From the human T2T-CHM13v2.0 reference genome, Homo sapiens: DNA of 64,000 nucleotides. The translations under genes were made by a program, and so were the position numbers. Shown here one piece after another: positions 41,060 to 54,324 of the stretch (position 1 is the first letter of the stretch; the number at the start of each line of letters is the position of its first letter). Location: assembly GCF_009914755.1 (NCBI RefSeq), contig NC_060932.1. The stretch is one strand, 5' to 3'. The notes beneath the pieces were generated by a model, which saw only the letters and a list, made by a program, of their open reading frames with translations, had not been told where the DNA came from and made no database searches.

Positions 41060-43690
41060 ATACATTGACTTTTACTTTTATAATCCATTGATATTTACTT
41101 TTATACCTCATTGACTTTTTAGTATGATAAAAGGGACGGGTCAAATTTCATTCTTTTGTCTGTGAATGTCCAATTATCTTAACCACCATTTATTAAAAAG
41201 TCCTTTTCTACTTCTCTTCAATGGCATCTTTACAATGAATCAAATGTCCATAGGTGCTGGGATCCACTTCTAGATTCGGTTTCATGTATCTGTCTCCTTG
41301 ACAATATCACATTGTTAGTATCCTCATTAGTTAAGTTTTATTATTAGTATTACAGTTTGATAGTTTAAATTTTTCATTGTTGTTTATCTTAAAGGATGTC
41401 TTGATCATTCTTTACATTTCTCAGTTCCTTTTATATTTTAAAATCTGTTTTTCTCAGATTTCATTAAATGAGATTGTGTTATATCTTTAGATAAGTCTGG
41501 GTGAAAATTGATGACTTTACAATATTGAATCTGACAATTCATGCTTATGGCATACGCTGCCATTTATTTAGGCTTTCTTTAATTTCTTAGAGCAATATTT
41601 TTTGATTATTTAGGTAAAAAATGCACAAATATTACATTAGATTATGTGTATAAATTGAATACATTTTCATACTATTGTAAATTATTTATTATGTGGTAAA
41701 CAGGATTCTAAAGATGCTACCTCCTAGAATCCGACTTCTGATTATTCAAACACTAAATTTGCTACTGATGTAAAGGGAACTTGAGAACATAATTAAGGTT
41801 ATGGACTTTAAAATAGGGATATTATCCTAAATTATCCAGGTGAGTATCGTCTAATCACATATATCCTTAAAAACAAAGAAGTTTCTCTGGCAGAAGTCAG
41901 AGAGATGTGGCAGAGAGGAAAGCAGAGATGAGATGAGGCAGAAGGGAAGATCAAAGAGATTTGAAACTTGGGAAGAAATTGACCCAGCTTTGAAGATAAA
42001 GCAAGAAGATCATGAACCAAGAAATATGAATGTCCTTTAGAACCCCAAAGCCAACAGGAAACAGGGACCTTAGTCCTACAATTATATGAAATGAATGCTG
42101 TCAATACTCTAATTTAAAAGTAGATTCATCCCTGGGGATGAGAAGGAAATGCAGACCTGCCCAAACCTTGATCTTGGCCTTGTGAAACTAGAGCATAGAT
42201 CAGATGAGCCGTTCTGTGTTCTGGTTTCTAACCAATAGAATTGTGACATAATAAATGATTTTTAAGCTGCTAAATTTGTGAAAATGTGTTATGGCAGCAA
42301 TAGACAACTAATACAGCTCCTTTTTACAAATTTATTTTTTAATTGCTTATGACATGGATATCCAGTTGATTTTGATTTATAGACCTTGTATTTAGTGGAC
42401 TTGTTCAATTTGTTTATTAATTTAATTGGATTTTTTAGATACACAATTATTATTTGCTAAACACAACAATTTGATTTACTTTTCCTTTAATGCAAAGTTC
42501 TTTTTTTAGCATACTATTCTGTCTAAAACCTCTTCCATAATATTCAGTAGAAATGATGAAAAGGTATATTTCTTATATCTTTCCCAAATCCAAATAAAAA
42601 TTCTCAATATTTCACCATTAAATGTCATACCTGATGTAAGTTTTAAAATTTTTGTTTTCAGACCAAAAACGGTGAGTGAATTCTTACAAAATTGATGTTG
42701 AATATTAGGAAATATTTTTTCTTGCATATTTGAGATGACTTTGATTTCTTTTCTTATTTTCGTCAATGTGACCAATTACATTAACTGATTTCATGATATT
42801 AAATCAGAGTTACACTTTCAAATAAAGGATAATGAGTTAGAAATTAGAAGTTTTAATTCTAATTTAGAAAAAAATGCTTCTGTTACTATGAGTGATAATG
42901 AATTTAGAAAAAATGCTTCTGTCACTGTAAGTGATAAATATCCTGTAATTTTTTTTCTCATAATGTCTTTTTCAGGTTTTGGTGTCAAGGCCATGATGGC
43001 TTCATAAAATAGGTTGAAAGTTCTTCTCCTTTTCTAGTCTCTTAAAGAGTTTGTGTCAAATGAGTATTATTCTTTCCTTTAGTAGAATTTGGTTTGGTTT
43101 CGTTTGGTTTGTTTTGGTTTGGTGATATCTTTGCCTGTGGTTTTCTTTGTGGATTTTTGAAAATAACATTTTAAAACTATTTAGCTTAATATATTTAATT
43201 GTTAATATTGCCTTTTGTAAAAGGAGGAGGATCTGTAGTAGTGTTTCCTTTTTAACTTTTGATATTGATAATTTATGTCATTTATGTGTGTGTTTAATGA
43301 ATCTTGCCTGGAGCTTAAGAGTTTTCCTTGTTCTTCCTCTTTATTAGATATTTATTTTCTATTTAATTAATTTTGGTTCATTTTTATTTTTGCTTTTCTA
43401 TATTCTTTGAGCTCATTATGTTATTCTTTTACTAATTTCTTGTAGTAGATGCTTGGATCATTAATATGTAACCTTTATTCTCTTCCAATATATGCATTTA
43501 TGATTATAATGGCTCCACTAAACAGTTTAGGCGCATCTCACACATTTCAATATGCATTATTATTATTGTTGTTATTTAATTTAAACTATATGCTGTATCC
43601 CATAGTGATTTTTTCCTTTGACTTTTGTACAGTTTATAAATGTATTCCTGAATTTCCAAACATATTGGATTTTTTCATCTTTTAGCCACA
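41060..43690 (-). mobile_element. Old L1ME-type ORF2 fragment, interrupted by MLT1E
   Basis: tcaaatttcattcttttgtctgtgaatgtccaattatcttaaccaccatttattaaaaag; ttcaggttttggtgtcaaggccatgatggcttcataaaat. Confidence 0.7.
41692..42315 (+). mobile_element. MLT1E-type MaLR solo LTR
   Basis: TGTGGTAAACAGGATTCTAAAGATG...attatcctaaattatccaggtg...ttttaagctgctaaatttgtg...gttatggcagcaatagacaactaataCA. Confidence 0.88.
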
Positions 43691-44502
43691 GTTTTTACTG
43701 TTGTTTTTGGAATCTGCAATTATCATAATGAGAAAAGTTGGGCCAGATGCTAAGCTTATCTCTTTTGGCCTTTCTCAACTTTTGCATCTGGTCCTGCAAA
43801 TTCTCATTGTAGGTAATACAGGTAATTCTAATTTTGGGTAATTCTCTGATATTTTCAACTTGTTTTAACTTACTATTTTTACTACTACTACTACTACTAC
43901 TTCTTTATCTAAAACTAGTTAGCCGCTGCCAGAAGTGAATCTTTCTTTAAACCTTCATTTAACTAAAGAACAGAACATCTGGCAGAAAATGCTCAGATTC
44001 CTACCTTTTCCTGACTGTGTACTATTAAAGCTGTTCTTCCTGCACACAGACTTCTTAGTTCAGTCAAGGGAACATTTTTTTTGCCCTGTAGAATTGTTCT
44101 TCCTTAAGAGCTGGAAATAGGTAATGATGAATATAGAAGGAGAAACTACAGAACACTCCAGTCTTTCTTATAATAATTCAGCTTGGCATTTTGCACCTGA
44201 ACCATACTGCAATCTTGCCAAATATCATTACTTTGGTGAGCTCTATGTTTTTGAGGAATTACACGTGACCTTGTCTATTAACTTTTTAAGAAACAACTAT
44301 TATAAACAGTAAGAAAAGCTGAAATAAGTCTTTGATTCAGGGACTCTCTATAGCTTATCTACTACTGGGAGCCATCAGATTATAATGGCAATATCAACCT
44401 TCCTTACAGGCTTTCCACTTGGCCATTTTTTGTTTGTTTTTCTTCTGGCTTGTAATTTAGTTTCTCCAATGTGAACAGAGTAACATTTATGTATCTGAAC
44501 TA

Positions 44503-45098
<596 letters not shown>

Positions 45099-45228
45099 TT
45101 ATAGACTCTTCTATTATATTTTACACACACACACAGACACGTTCTTGCAGGATAACAGCAGCAATGGACTTATCACCTGATGTTTAGAGAAATCTAATTA
45201 CTCTTCAAGACCAAACAGTTTTCTGTAC

Positions 45229-45292
45229 TGGCCAAACCAGTAAGTGAAATGGGAATGTAATGGCCAAACCAATAAGTGAAATAGGAATGTAA
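45229..45292. repeat. 32-bp tandem duplication (2 copies, 2 mismatches)
   Basis: tggccaaaccagtaagtgaaatgggaatgtaa / tggccaaaccaataagtgaaataggaatgtaa. Confidence 0.9.
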
Positions 45293-46817
45293 TGGATGCA
45301 TCTTTCTAGTCTTTAATGATGGTGCTAATTTATGCTATTCCCCTAATGATGAATGGTGCCATTCTTACTAACAATTGGGTACTGATCCCTATCTTAGTGA
45401 CCCCTTTCATGTTGCCTCAAGAAGTTAAGTTCTACCACCTGGACTTTGCTATTCCAGGATCCTATTGTCACTATGAAATCTGGAAGCCGATTTTAATAAT
45501 AGCCCTTATCACTCTGACCTTCATCCACTAACCTAAATAAGACAGAAATTGGAGCTCTTCCTACCGATGTATTTCTCAATTTTTCAGTGTCCTTTATGCT
45601 CTTAGGGATATAATTAAGGATAGGGGAGTGGATTGCACATCATAAATCACTTTCAACTTTCCCATCTCAAATGTCTTTTATTTCCTTCCTCTAAATTATA
45701 GTAAGGGATTTTCAACAGTACAACCTCATTCCATGGAGGCCACCATTGTCTATAGACCAGTCAGCTTTCAAAGCTAAAGTTAAAATCATTTCTAGCTATT
45801 CATTTTAATGATAAATCAAGAATCTCACATAAAATCATTGTTATTGAGAAATCCAATGTGATCTAAAACTATGTTTCTTTCTACCTCACCTAGCATTTTC
45901 AGAATTCATGCATACATATATATTTTTTGCCAGCATAAATAAAATTGTTTTAATTCTTTTGTTGTATCCTTTTTTATTTTCCTGATTTAACTTTATATTT
46001 GCCTACTGGGACTTGTAGAAACCTGATTATAGTTAACTTTGTAGGAATCAATGAGGGATGATATATGGAGTGGGCAAGATAGTTTGCATATACATAAAAA
46101 AGAAACCCTTTTAGTTACCTTACTGCAGGTAAAGTCATTATAATATTGTCAATCCAGGCAGGAACATCCTGTGAGATAGAGTGTGAGAAATTGTTTCTAC
46201 CAGCAAGTGAGGTGTATGTATTTGTAATACTCAGAGCCATATAAATTCTTTCAAATGACCTCATTCCAATTTTCAGGCTTCTCTTATTCCCTGATGAAAG
46301 CCCTGATGCTGAAGTAGTAAATCCAACCTATGTTATAATTTGGAAACTCACAGGATTACATCCCATATCTGATTTTTAGCTATATTAGCTCAATAGCTGA
46401 AAGAAAATAGAAGTTATATTAGGGGAGTGATAAAAGCAGTCACAGAAAGTTATATCTTAAATGTAAGTTAAATGCAGCAATGTTCACTAGCAAATATTTG
46501 GGTTAGAACCCCAAAACATGCCATACTATATTTGGTTTAATTAATATATATTTATCAATTTTCATGAGCTAAATCCAGCCGTTTGGTTGAGTTTCTCCAT
46601 TCTAATTAAGATTCCAGTTTATAGAATGGACCAGTTTTCACATAGGTGACCCAGATCACCAAACTTGGAGGAAAAAAAAGAGCAATTCTTTTTTCCAAAG
46701 CTATCCCCAAACCCATGAAGATTGATGGCTTACCTAAAATTAGATTGCTGTATTAGATATTTAGGTAAGAACAGTTTGAGAAAAGGCTATCCGTCAAAAT
46801 GCTGATGACATAAACAA

Positions 46818-46905
46818 TATTGAAATAAATGGCTGATGAGGCATAGCGCAATGAAATGAATGTCTATTTCAATAGCGTGTTCTTCATCAGCCATTTATTT
46901 CAATA
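46818..46905. repeat. Inverted repeat with perfect 22-bp arms (hairpin/palindrome)
   Basis: TATTGAAATAAATGGCTGATGA (46818-46839) is the exact reverse complement of TCATCAGCCATTTATTTCAATA (46884-46905). Confidence 0.95.
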
Positions 46906-47364
46906 CTATATATTTATGTAGTATAAAGAATACTCATAATCTGTTGTTGTTAACCAACCTTATAAAAATGTAAATTATGTATTTGTACACTGTAGGTCTT
47001 ATAAATAAGTAAATATATGAGTGTATTATGGGATTTAGGAAGTTATGATATGAAGATGCTTTAAAAATCGGAATCAAGCAACATATCAGCTAGAATAAAG
47101 AAAGTATTTATAATTAAATCTAATTAGTTTGTTTATCACTTGTTTGGATTATACAGAGTAAAGCTATGGACCCCCAAAAGTATCATATTCAGTTAGTAAT
47201 TGGAAAGTGGATAAAATAACCACACAGTACAGCACCACAAGATTCTTTGTTTTATTCTTCCAACAAAAAGCCCCACATTTTAACCACAATTTTTTGAAGT
47301 CATTACATTTTGTCATCACTCAAATATCTTTACTTTTTTTCAGACTTTTGAGATATTAATGTTA

Positions 47365-47510
47365 TAATGGAATAAACTTGGAATCCAGAGGTGTAGATTC
47401 AAGTCCCAGATCTCCAATTTGTTGACAAAAAGGGTAAGTCATTTAACTCCTGGGCTCCAATGTTCTTACATGCAAAATGATGGAGGGCAATTAGATACTT
47501 CTAAGGTTTG
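47365..47510 (+). mobile_element. MIR3/MIR relic
   Basis: aacttggaatccagaggtgtagattcaagtcccagatctcc...gggtaagtcatttaactcctgggctcc...tgcaaaatga. Confidence 0.65.
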
Positions 47511-49057
47511 TGCTAAAATTAACGTAACACAGTTCTGAAGATTGGTTGTAAAAATACATATCTCACTCATTTGCCTAAGATGTCATTGTGGTGCTTTATT
47601 AAAAGCCTAAGAAAACAAACAAACAACAACAGCAACAAAAAAAAAAAAAAAAACAAGGCAAAATCTTCCTATTCCTTCCCATCTCTTTCTCTCTCTTTAT
47701 TCTCTCTCTCTGTATATACGTATATTCTCTCTTTCACTCTCCAATATATATATATGTGTGTATGTATATGTATATATATGTAAATAAATGCATACATGCA
47801 TAAGGTTAGATAGTCAAGAATAGATAACATTAGAATAAAGATTATTCTCCACCAAATGAAAAAATCTGAAAAAAGATATATTAAAATATGTATACAATCT
47901 TAAAAATAATATTGGACAGTTGAAAGCCTCTCTAAGCATGACATAATTCTTGTCATATAATATAAAAACTGTAACTAAATTTGACTGAGAGTTGTGATAC
48001 TGAACAACTCCAGGGGACACCATTCATTATTTACTTAGAACACCTTTTAGATTGTTAAAATTTTAAAAGGTTGAAAATGCATGATATTAGTGAGTGTAAA
48101 AAACCAGGCACGGTAATGTACAGAATGTAAATCCAAAAGGGAAAGAATTTGCTTAAAAAATTATATTAAAATTTAAATGTGGCTATTCTTTGATTCTTTA
48201 TATTCATTACTAGGATGTTATTCACTAGATATGTAAGCATACGTACACAATGTTGTATAAACACAGAGCTCTTTCTCTTGCACTGTCAAGGCAAAGCAAT
48301 CAAAAAGAAAAAGCAGAATACAGAAATAAAACAAAGGACACAAAAGAATCAGGGGAAACTGAAAATCTAGCAGTAAGGATGTTATTACATGAACCAAGCC
48401 ACTTATACACATGTACTACATTCCACGATCACAAAAGACAAAGTCCAACTCTGTGTACTGAGATGGGCAGATATCCAAAATGTACCACATTTCATCAATT
48501 TTAAGATGCTGGGATTTTTTTCCCCTATATTCACGTATAGAAAAATCTGTGATTGGGGCAGTTGTGATGTAATTTTGTTGCCTGTGCAACATTACAGCAG
48601 GCTCAAACTTATAAAGTGATTGCCACCTAATTGGAAGAAAGTCCCCTGAAATCACTATTTTGTTTCTAGGGATTAAAGAGGAAAGTGCTACTCTAGTCGC
48701 TTAGGTTCACGTGGTAAATTTGGGATGTCAGAATATTAAGGAAGTGGTTCAATGACTTTTATATTTTTATATGGCTTCTTTTAAGAATTGCCAAATCACC
48801 TAAGTACTTGATTGAACAAACAACAATATTGTGAGAGAAAATACAGACTTTGGTAATTCCAAGTTGAAAAGTGATTGAGGATTTAGTTTCTGAATATAAA
48901 ATTTTAGGTTATCTTAACCAGTTCATTTTTGCCTGAATTTTCCTTTTTAATACATGCACAAAATAGCGATCTTATATAAATATGTTTATATTTAATAATA
49001 TAATATATAATATATTTAATAATAATAATTTGATAATATTTAATAATAATAATATTG

Positions 49058-49127
49058 TGTTTATTTATTTAATTAAATTAATTAATGAATTTATTTTTGA
49101 GGCAGGGTCTTGTTCTGTCACCCAGGC
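49058..49127 (-). mobile_element. Very short, 5'-truncated Alu 3' end with AT-rich tail
   Basis: tttttgaggcagggtcttgttctgtcacccaggc preceded by a ttatttatttaatt-type tail. Confidence 0.7.
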
Positions 49128-51237
49128 AATAAAATTATTGAAATGAAGGTATTTATCTATGAACAATTGAAAAAGAATTCTAATGGTCTATATTTGTAAA
49201 CAGCATCACTTACACCAAAAAAGTATAATGCAATTGTACTCCCTTGATTGTTACAAAAGTCCTATGTAGCTAAATATATTTTGTTACCTTCTATCATATT
49301 TTCATTTATTAATGTGTACTGTATTTTAAATATAAAATGATTTTATAAAGCTCCAATGTCCCACATCAGTATTATTCCATCATTATAGCATAAGTTTTGT
49401 ATGTTTATAAGTAATTATTCCTAATATTTACTCTAAACCTCAGCATCACTATACCACATGTTCTTAATGTAAGGTTTGGAGAGCTGGAAGACAAAGGAAA
49501 AAAGTGAAATTAACTAATGTACGTAAGAGTAAGCCTCGTTGGCCATTGCAAAGTTGTATACCTGGACATTTTCACCTACTTTCATCTGTCAGTATACCAC
49601 AATTTCTATTCCTGTATGTTAATATACAAACTCACACGCTCACACATACGCACACAAAATAGCATTAGTTTCTTTGTCTTCTATTGACCAACTAGCAATA
49701 AAACCATATTCTTATTTTTTATGTACTTAAGAAGATGAATCTCAAAAATAATGTATTATATTATTTGATATGGCTAGGGATCTGAATGATAAAAAAAAAT
49801 TTCCAGGAGAAATAAGATAAGATAAATGACTACTTTCATGCAACATTGTACTACCTCAAACGAAGTACAATTTTACTTTTAAAAACTTATTTATTTTTAA
49901 TCTATATAGCATTGAATTTATAATTATATTGACATAGTGGCTCTTAGGTGCTCTAAATAAAAATTCAAATTAACACATATTTATTGAGTTATCTAATAAA
50001 CAAAAAGTACTTTATATGCCATGGTGGGAAAAATAAAGAAAAACATTTAAAATTTAAAACAGATTTACAAATATGCTCTTTGCATCATGTGTTGTGTTCT
50101 TTTCATAGTTATAAAAATGCATAATAAATCATTAAAATATTCATTTCTTATCCTGTTATTAATAATCCAGAATATTGTGATGGAAGTTAACAAAAAATAG
50201 TTTAATTATGAAACTAAGTTTTCTCTTCTCTGTATATGCTGGACCATAGAGTGATTGAAACACAGCATTGTTTTTACATAATGTTCAAATATTAATAAAA
50301 GCTATATTAATATTTATAATAAATAAGTTTGTTGATGTAGAGACAACTCAAGAGAAAAACAAAATTCAGATGAGATATTATGAACTGCAATATTTAAGTC
50401 CCGTAATTGGAGCCCTGCAATTCAATTATTATCAAATTAAAAGAAATAATGAGCAAACAAAATGCTCTTTTCCCAACAAGTAGGGCAATTTCTGTGAATC
50501 CTAACATCTGGTTATCAGTATTGTCAAGGAAATGTCCATCTGCCTGTGGTCTTAATGTAATTAGACACATCAGCACTCTCTTTTTCATTTGGGGATATTT
50601 TCATGAGAAAATATGGCTTCTGAAAGCTGTAAAATGCCAGTAAATTTGAGTCAATTTATTAGCGTAAATACATTTTGAATTTTAATTCTTATGTAAAAGC
50701 TTTGATTGAATGACTTCTCTAGGTAGAATTTGTGATAAACATGTTTTCATGTCTTCCTGAAAGATGTAAAACTGGCCTGTTGCCTAAAGTAAACAGCCTC
50801 CACAAGCATTGTAAGTCAAAGACATCATTTGTCAAAAATGAACTTTTCAGATACTGGATTTAAAAACAGTTCTGTGATTAGTGTCATTGAGAGTACTGAA
50901 CACTGTATTTCAGCTTCTGATTTATTTAAAATTAAAATAAACATAATTTTTAAAGAAAATAATAAAATAATAATCTGTGATTCTTCCATAGTTGGTTATC
51001 AAATCAAATATAATTAAAAATGCCTCTGTTATGTGCCAATAGATTGTTAAGTAGATTATTTGTTATTTCTAAGGACATTTCATCCTTAAATGTTAGTGTT
51101 AATACAATACTTCCTAATGGTTAATCAGATTTTAAAAATTCATACATTAAATTACAAATCACTTCTAAATTGTTATAAAATGACCAAATATCTTACTTAA
51201 TAGCCTTAAAATAGTGTTTAGATTATATTATAAAAAT

Positions 51238-51543
<306 letters not shown>

Positions 51544-51548
51544 TCATA

Positions 51549-51682
51549 ATTCTTTAATACTAGTCACAACTAGTATTAAACTAGTATTCTTTAATACTAG
51601 TCACAACTAGTATTAAACTAGTATTCTTTAATACTAGTCACAACTAGTATTAAACTAGTATTCTTTAATACTAGTGACAACT
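51549..51682. repeat. 37-bp minisatellite, about 3.6 copies
   Basis: Unit ATTCTTTAATACTAGTCACAACTAGTATTAAACTAGT at 51549, 51586 and 51623, with a partial copy at 51660. Confidence 0.97.
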
Positions 51683-53286
51683 TAAAAACACGCAATGGTA
51701 CTGGCATTTGTGAACTTTGAGTTTAGTTCTTATTTAAAAAAGAAACTTAATGTTGGGAAATCCGGGTCATCCTCAATGTGGTTGTTAATGCAGTAGCCAC
51801 TAAATTTGTTTCTGAAAAAATAAGGTCATTTCAAGAAATGTATAATACATTATATTGAATTGAATATTGGGTTAATTATTTGGCATATGAAATGATAGAT
51901 ATTGAGGAGAAACCAACTTATTTCAATAAATGTTAACTAAATCTAGGTTGAATTCTCTTCTGAGTAGCTCTTCATAGCACCCTAAGATAAGCTTAATTGT
52001 GCAAAACAACTACATGGGAAATTTGATTTCAAACATTTTCATCAGGACAGTTTTCGAAGGTATTAGAATTGTCTCTAATTGAAGGACTAAACTTCTTGCA
52101 TTTTTTTTTTTTCTTTTCTGCACTTATGCTAAGGATATATAATTTCTGCTGATTTAGGTATCTTATGTCAGGGTAGTTAATATGCAATTAGCTTCAGTTT
52201 AAGTGATAGCAGCATGCTATAAATAAGATTCTTAATTGTGTTTGCAAGATTAAAATTCGGCCTCATTGTTTGTTCCCTTTATTTCTTTGGTGGCATTGTG
52301 GTATATTCACATTGCTACCTCTAAATGAATGTCAACTTGTTTTACCTCAACTGCAGCCGATCGATACTTCATTAGGCTGAATTGTCTTGTGCCCATGCAA
52401 CCTTGAAGCTGTGGCTTAATTACCACCCGTATTATGCAGTGGCTCAGGGAGCTGTGCTCAGCTGTGTCAGTTTTGAAAAAAATTTTAAAAGCCATGGTGT
52501 TACCTACGTCTAGGAAAAATGGCCACTTGGTATAAAAATCATAATATTTGATAAATTAAGCTTTAATGATATTTTAAAAATTTATCAAAACACAATATAA
52601 TGTTTATATTTTGCAACTTTTATTATTTTACACAACTCTTTGAATGGAAATATAATTTTCATGATCAAGCCATTGTGCAGTAAAGATAATTTAAAACTAA
52701 TGGCAAAATTGCATTCATATGAAAGAGAAGAGAGGGGAAAGTGCAGTCAAATGGCAATCATGACAAATGACATCTCTTGTCCAAGAGTCATTTTTCCTCA
52801 CTAGACTGATTTGTCATCCTCACTTTTGACATTTTTCATCCTGCTATGAAATCACACTGACAGAATAAGATATTTCTAGACTTAACAGCAGGCCACAGAA
52901 GATGGTTTTGTGCCTCCATTTATTTTTTGGTTGGCTGTTTCAATTTTGATTTTTCAAGTTGCTAAAATCTGGACATACCAAACTTTAGTTTGAATGAAAT
53001 ATTATCATTCAATTGCATGGAAGAATGTTATTTTAAAATAAAATGTAAAATGATATGTAATATTACTTAATTAAAAATACATCTCTCTACAGCTCACATT
53101 TAAAATGCACTAAAATACCAAAAGTTTTGTTTGGCATATCACGTAATAAATCATTTAGCAGTTCCAGCAATATATGCCAATGTCCTGAATTTGGAACAGT
53201 CCTATGGAAAAATAGTCAAAACAAGGAGATTGTTCATCAATGTACAGAGCCATGAAATTTAGATGGGAATTTGGCCTTAGAATTTT

Positions 53287-53965
53287 TATTAGTTTTCTAA
53301 GGCTTTTATAACAAAGTACAGTTGACCATTGAACAGTACAGATTTGAACTGTGGGGGGTCCACTTGAATGTGGATTTTCTTCCACTTCTTCCATCCCTGA
53401 GACAGCAAGACCAACACCCCCTCTTCCTCTTCCTCAGCCTACTCAACATGAAGATGACAAGGGTGAAGACCTTTTTAATGACCCACTTCCACTGAATAAA
53501 TAGTAAATATATTTTCTCTTCCTCGTGATTCTCTTAATAACATTGCCTTTTGTCTAGCTTAATTTATTGTAAGAATATATTATATAATACATGTAACATA
53601 CAAAATATGTATTCATTGACTGTTTATGTCATCAGTAAGGCTTCTAGTCAACAGTAGGCTATGAGTAGTTAAGTTTTGGGGGAGTCAAAAGTTATAGAGA
53701 GATTTTCAGCTATGTGGGAGGGGAGGGTCAAGACCCCTAATCCCTGCATTGTTCAAGGGTCAACTATACCACAAAATGATCGCTTAACATAACAGAAAGG
53801 TTTTATCTTATGGTTATGGAGGATAGAAGTCTGAAATGTCAACAAAGGATATGCTCCCTCTGAAACCTGTAGAGGAAAGCTTTCTTGTCTCTTCCTATCT
53901 TCTGGTGAGTTGCCACAGTCTTTGGCATTCCTTGCTTTGCAGTTGCATAACTCCAGTGTCTTCAC
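53287..53965 (-). mobile_element. MLT1B/C-type LTR split by Tigger2a
   Basis: tattagttttctaaggcttttataacaaagta | ccacaaaatg...tggaggatagaagtctgaaat...gctccctctgaaacctgtagaggaa. Confidence 0.8.
53319..53766 (+). mobile_element. Tigger2a (MER28)-type non-autonomous DNA transposon
   Basis: TIRs CAGTTGACCATTGAACA ... TGTTCAAGGGTCAACT, TA on both sides, internal ccctgagacagcaagaccaac. Confidence 0.92.
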
Positions 53966-54019
53966 AGTCTATAGACAATTTTAGGCTCAAGACAACATCC
54001 TAAGCTGAAAATAAACCAA

Positions 54020-54165
54020 CCTTCCTTCTTCCTTTCTTCCTTCCTTCCTTCCTTCCTCTATCCCTCCCTCCCTCTCTCCCTCTCTTCCTTCCTCCCTCCC
54101 TTCCTCCCTTCCTTCCTTCGTTCCTTCCTTCCTTCCTTCCTTCCTTCCTTCCTTCCTTCCTGTCT
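54020..54165. repeat. (CCTT)n/(CCCT)n microsatellite
   Basis: Long polypyrimidine ccttccttcc... tract. Confidence 0.95.
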
Positions 54166-54324
54166 TCCGGAAGCATTCATTGAAAAACTGTATACCAGAA
54201 AACTAAGATAATATTTAGTAACGTGAATAAATAACAACTTCCTCTCAAGTACATTACAGTTTCATTTAGAGGTGGGAAGTAGAGAGCAAACAGTCATGTA
54301 ATCTAAAAAGTTCTCTAAGACATA

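Noticed and set aside
45316-45531. Hydrophobic 71-aa ORF reminiscent of a mitochondrial (NUMT) peptide
   Set aside because: I could not match it to any mitochondrial gene and there are no flanking mt-tRNAs. A BLASTN against mtDNA would settle it.
51549-51682. 37-bp palindromic repeats resembling CRISPR direct repeats
   Set aside because: The units are head-to-tail with no spacers, there are no cas genes, and the context is primate Alu/L1 DNA
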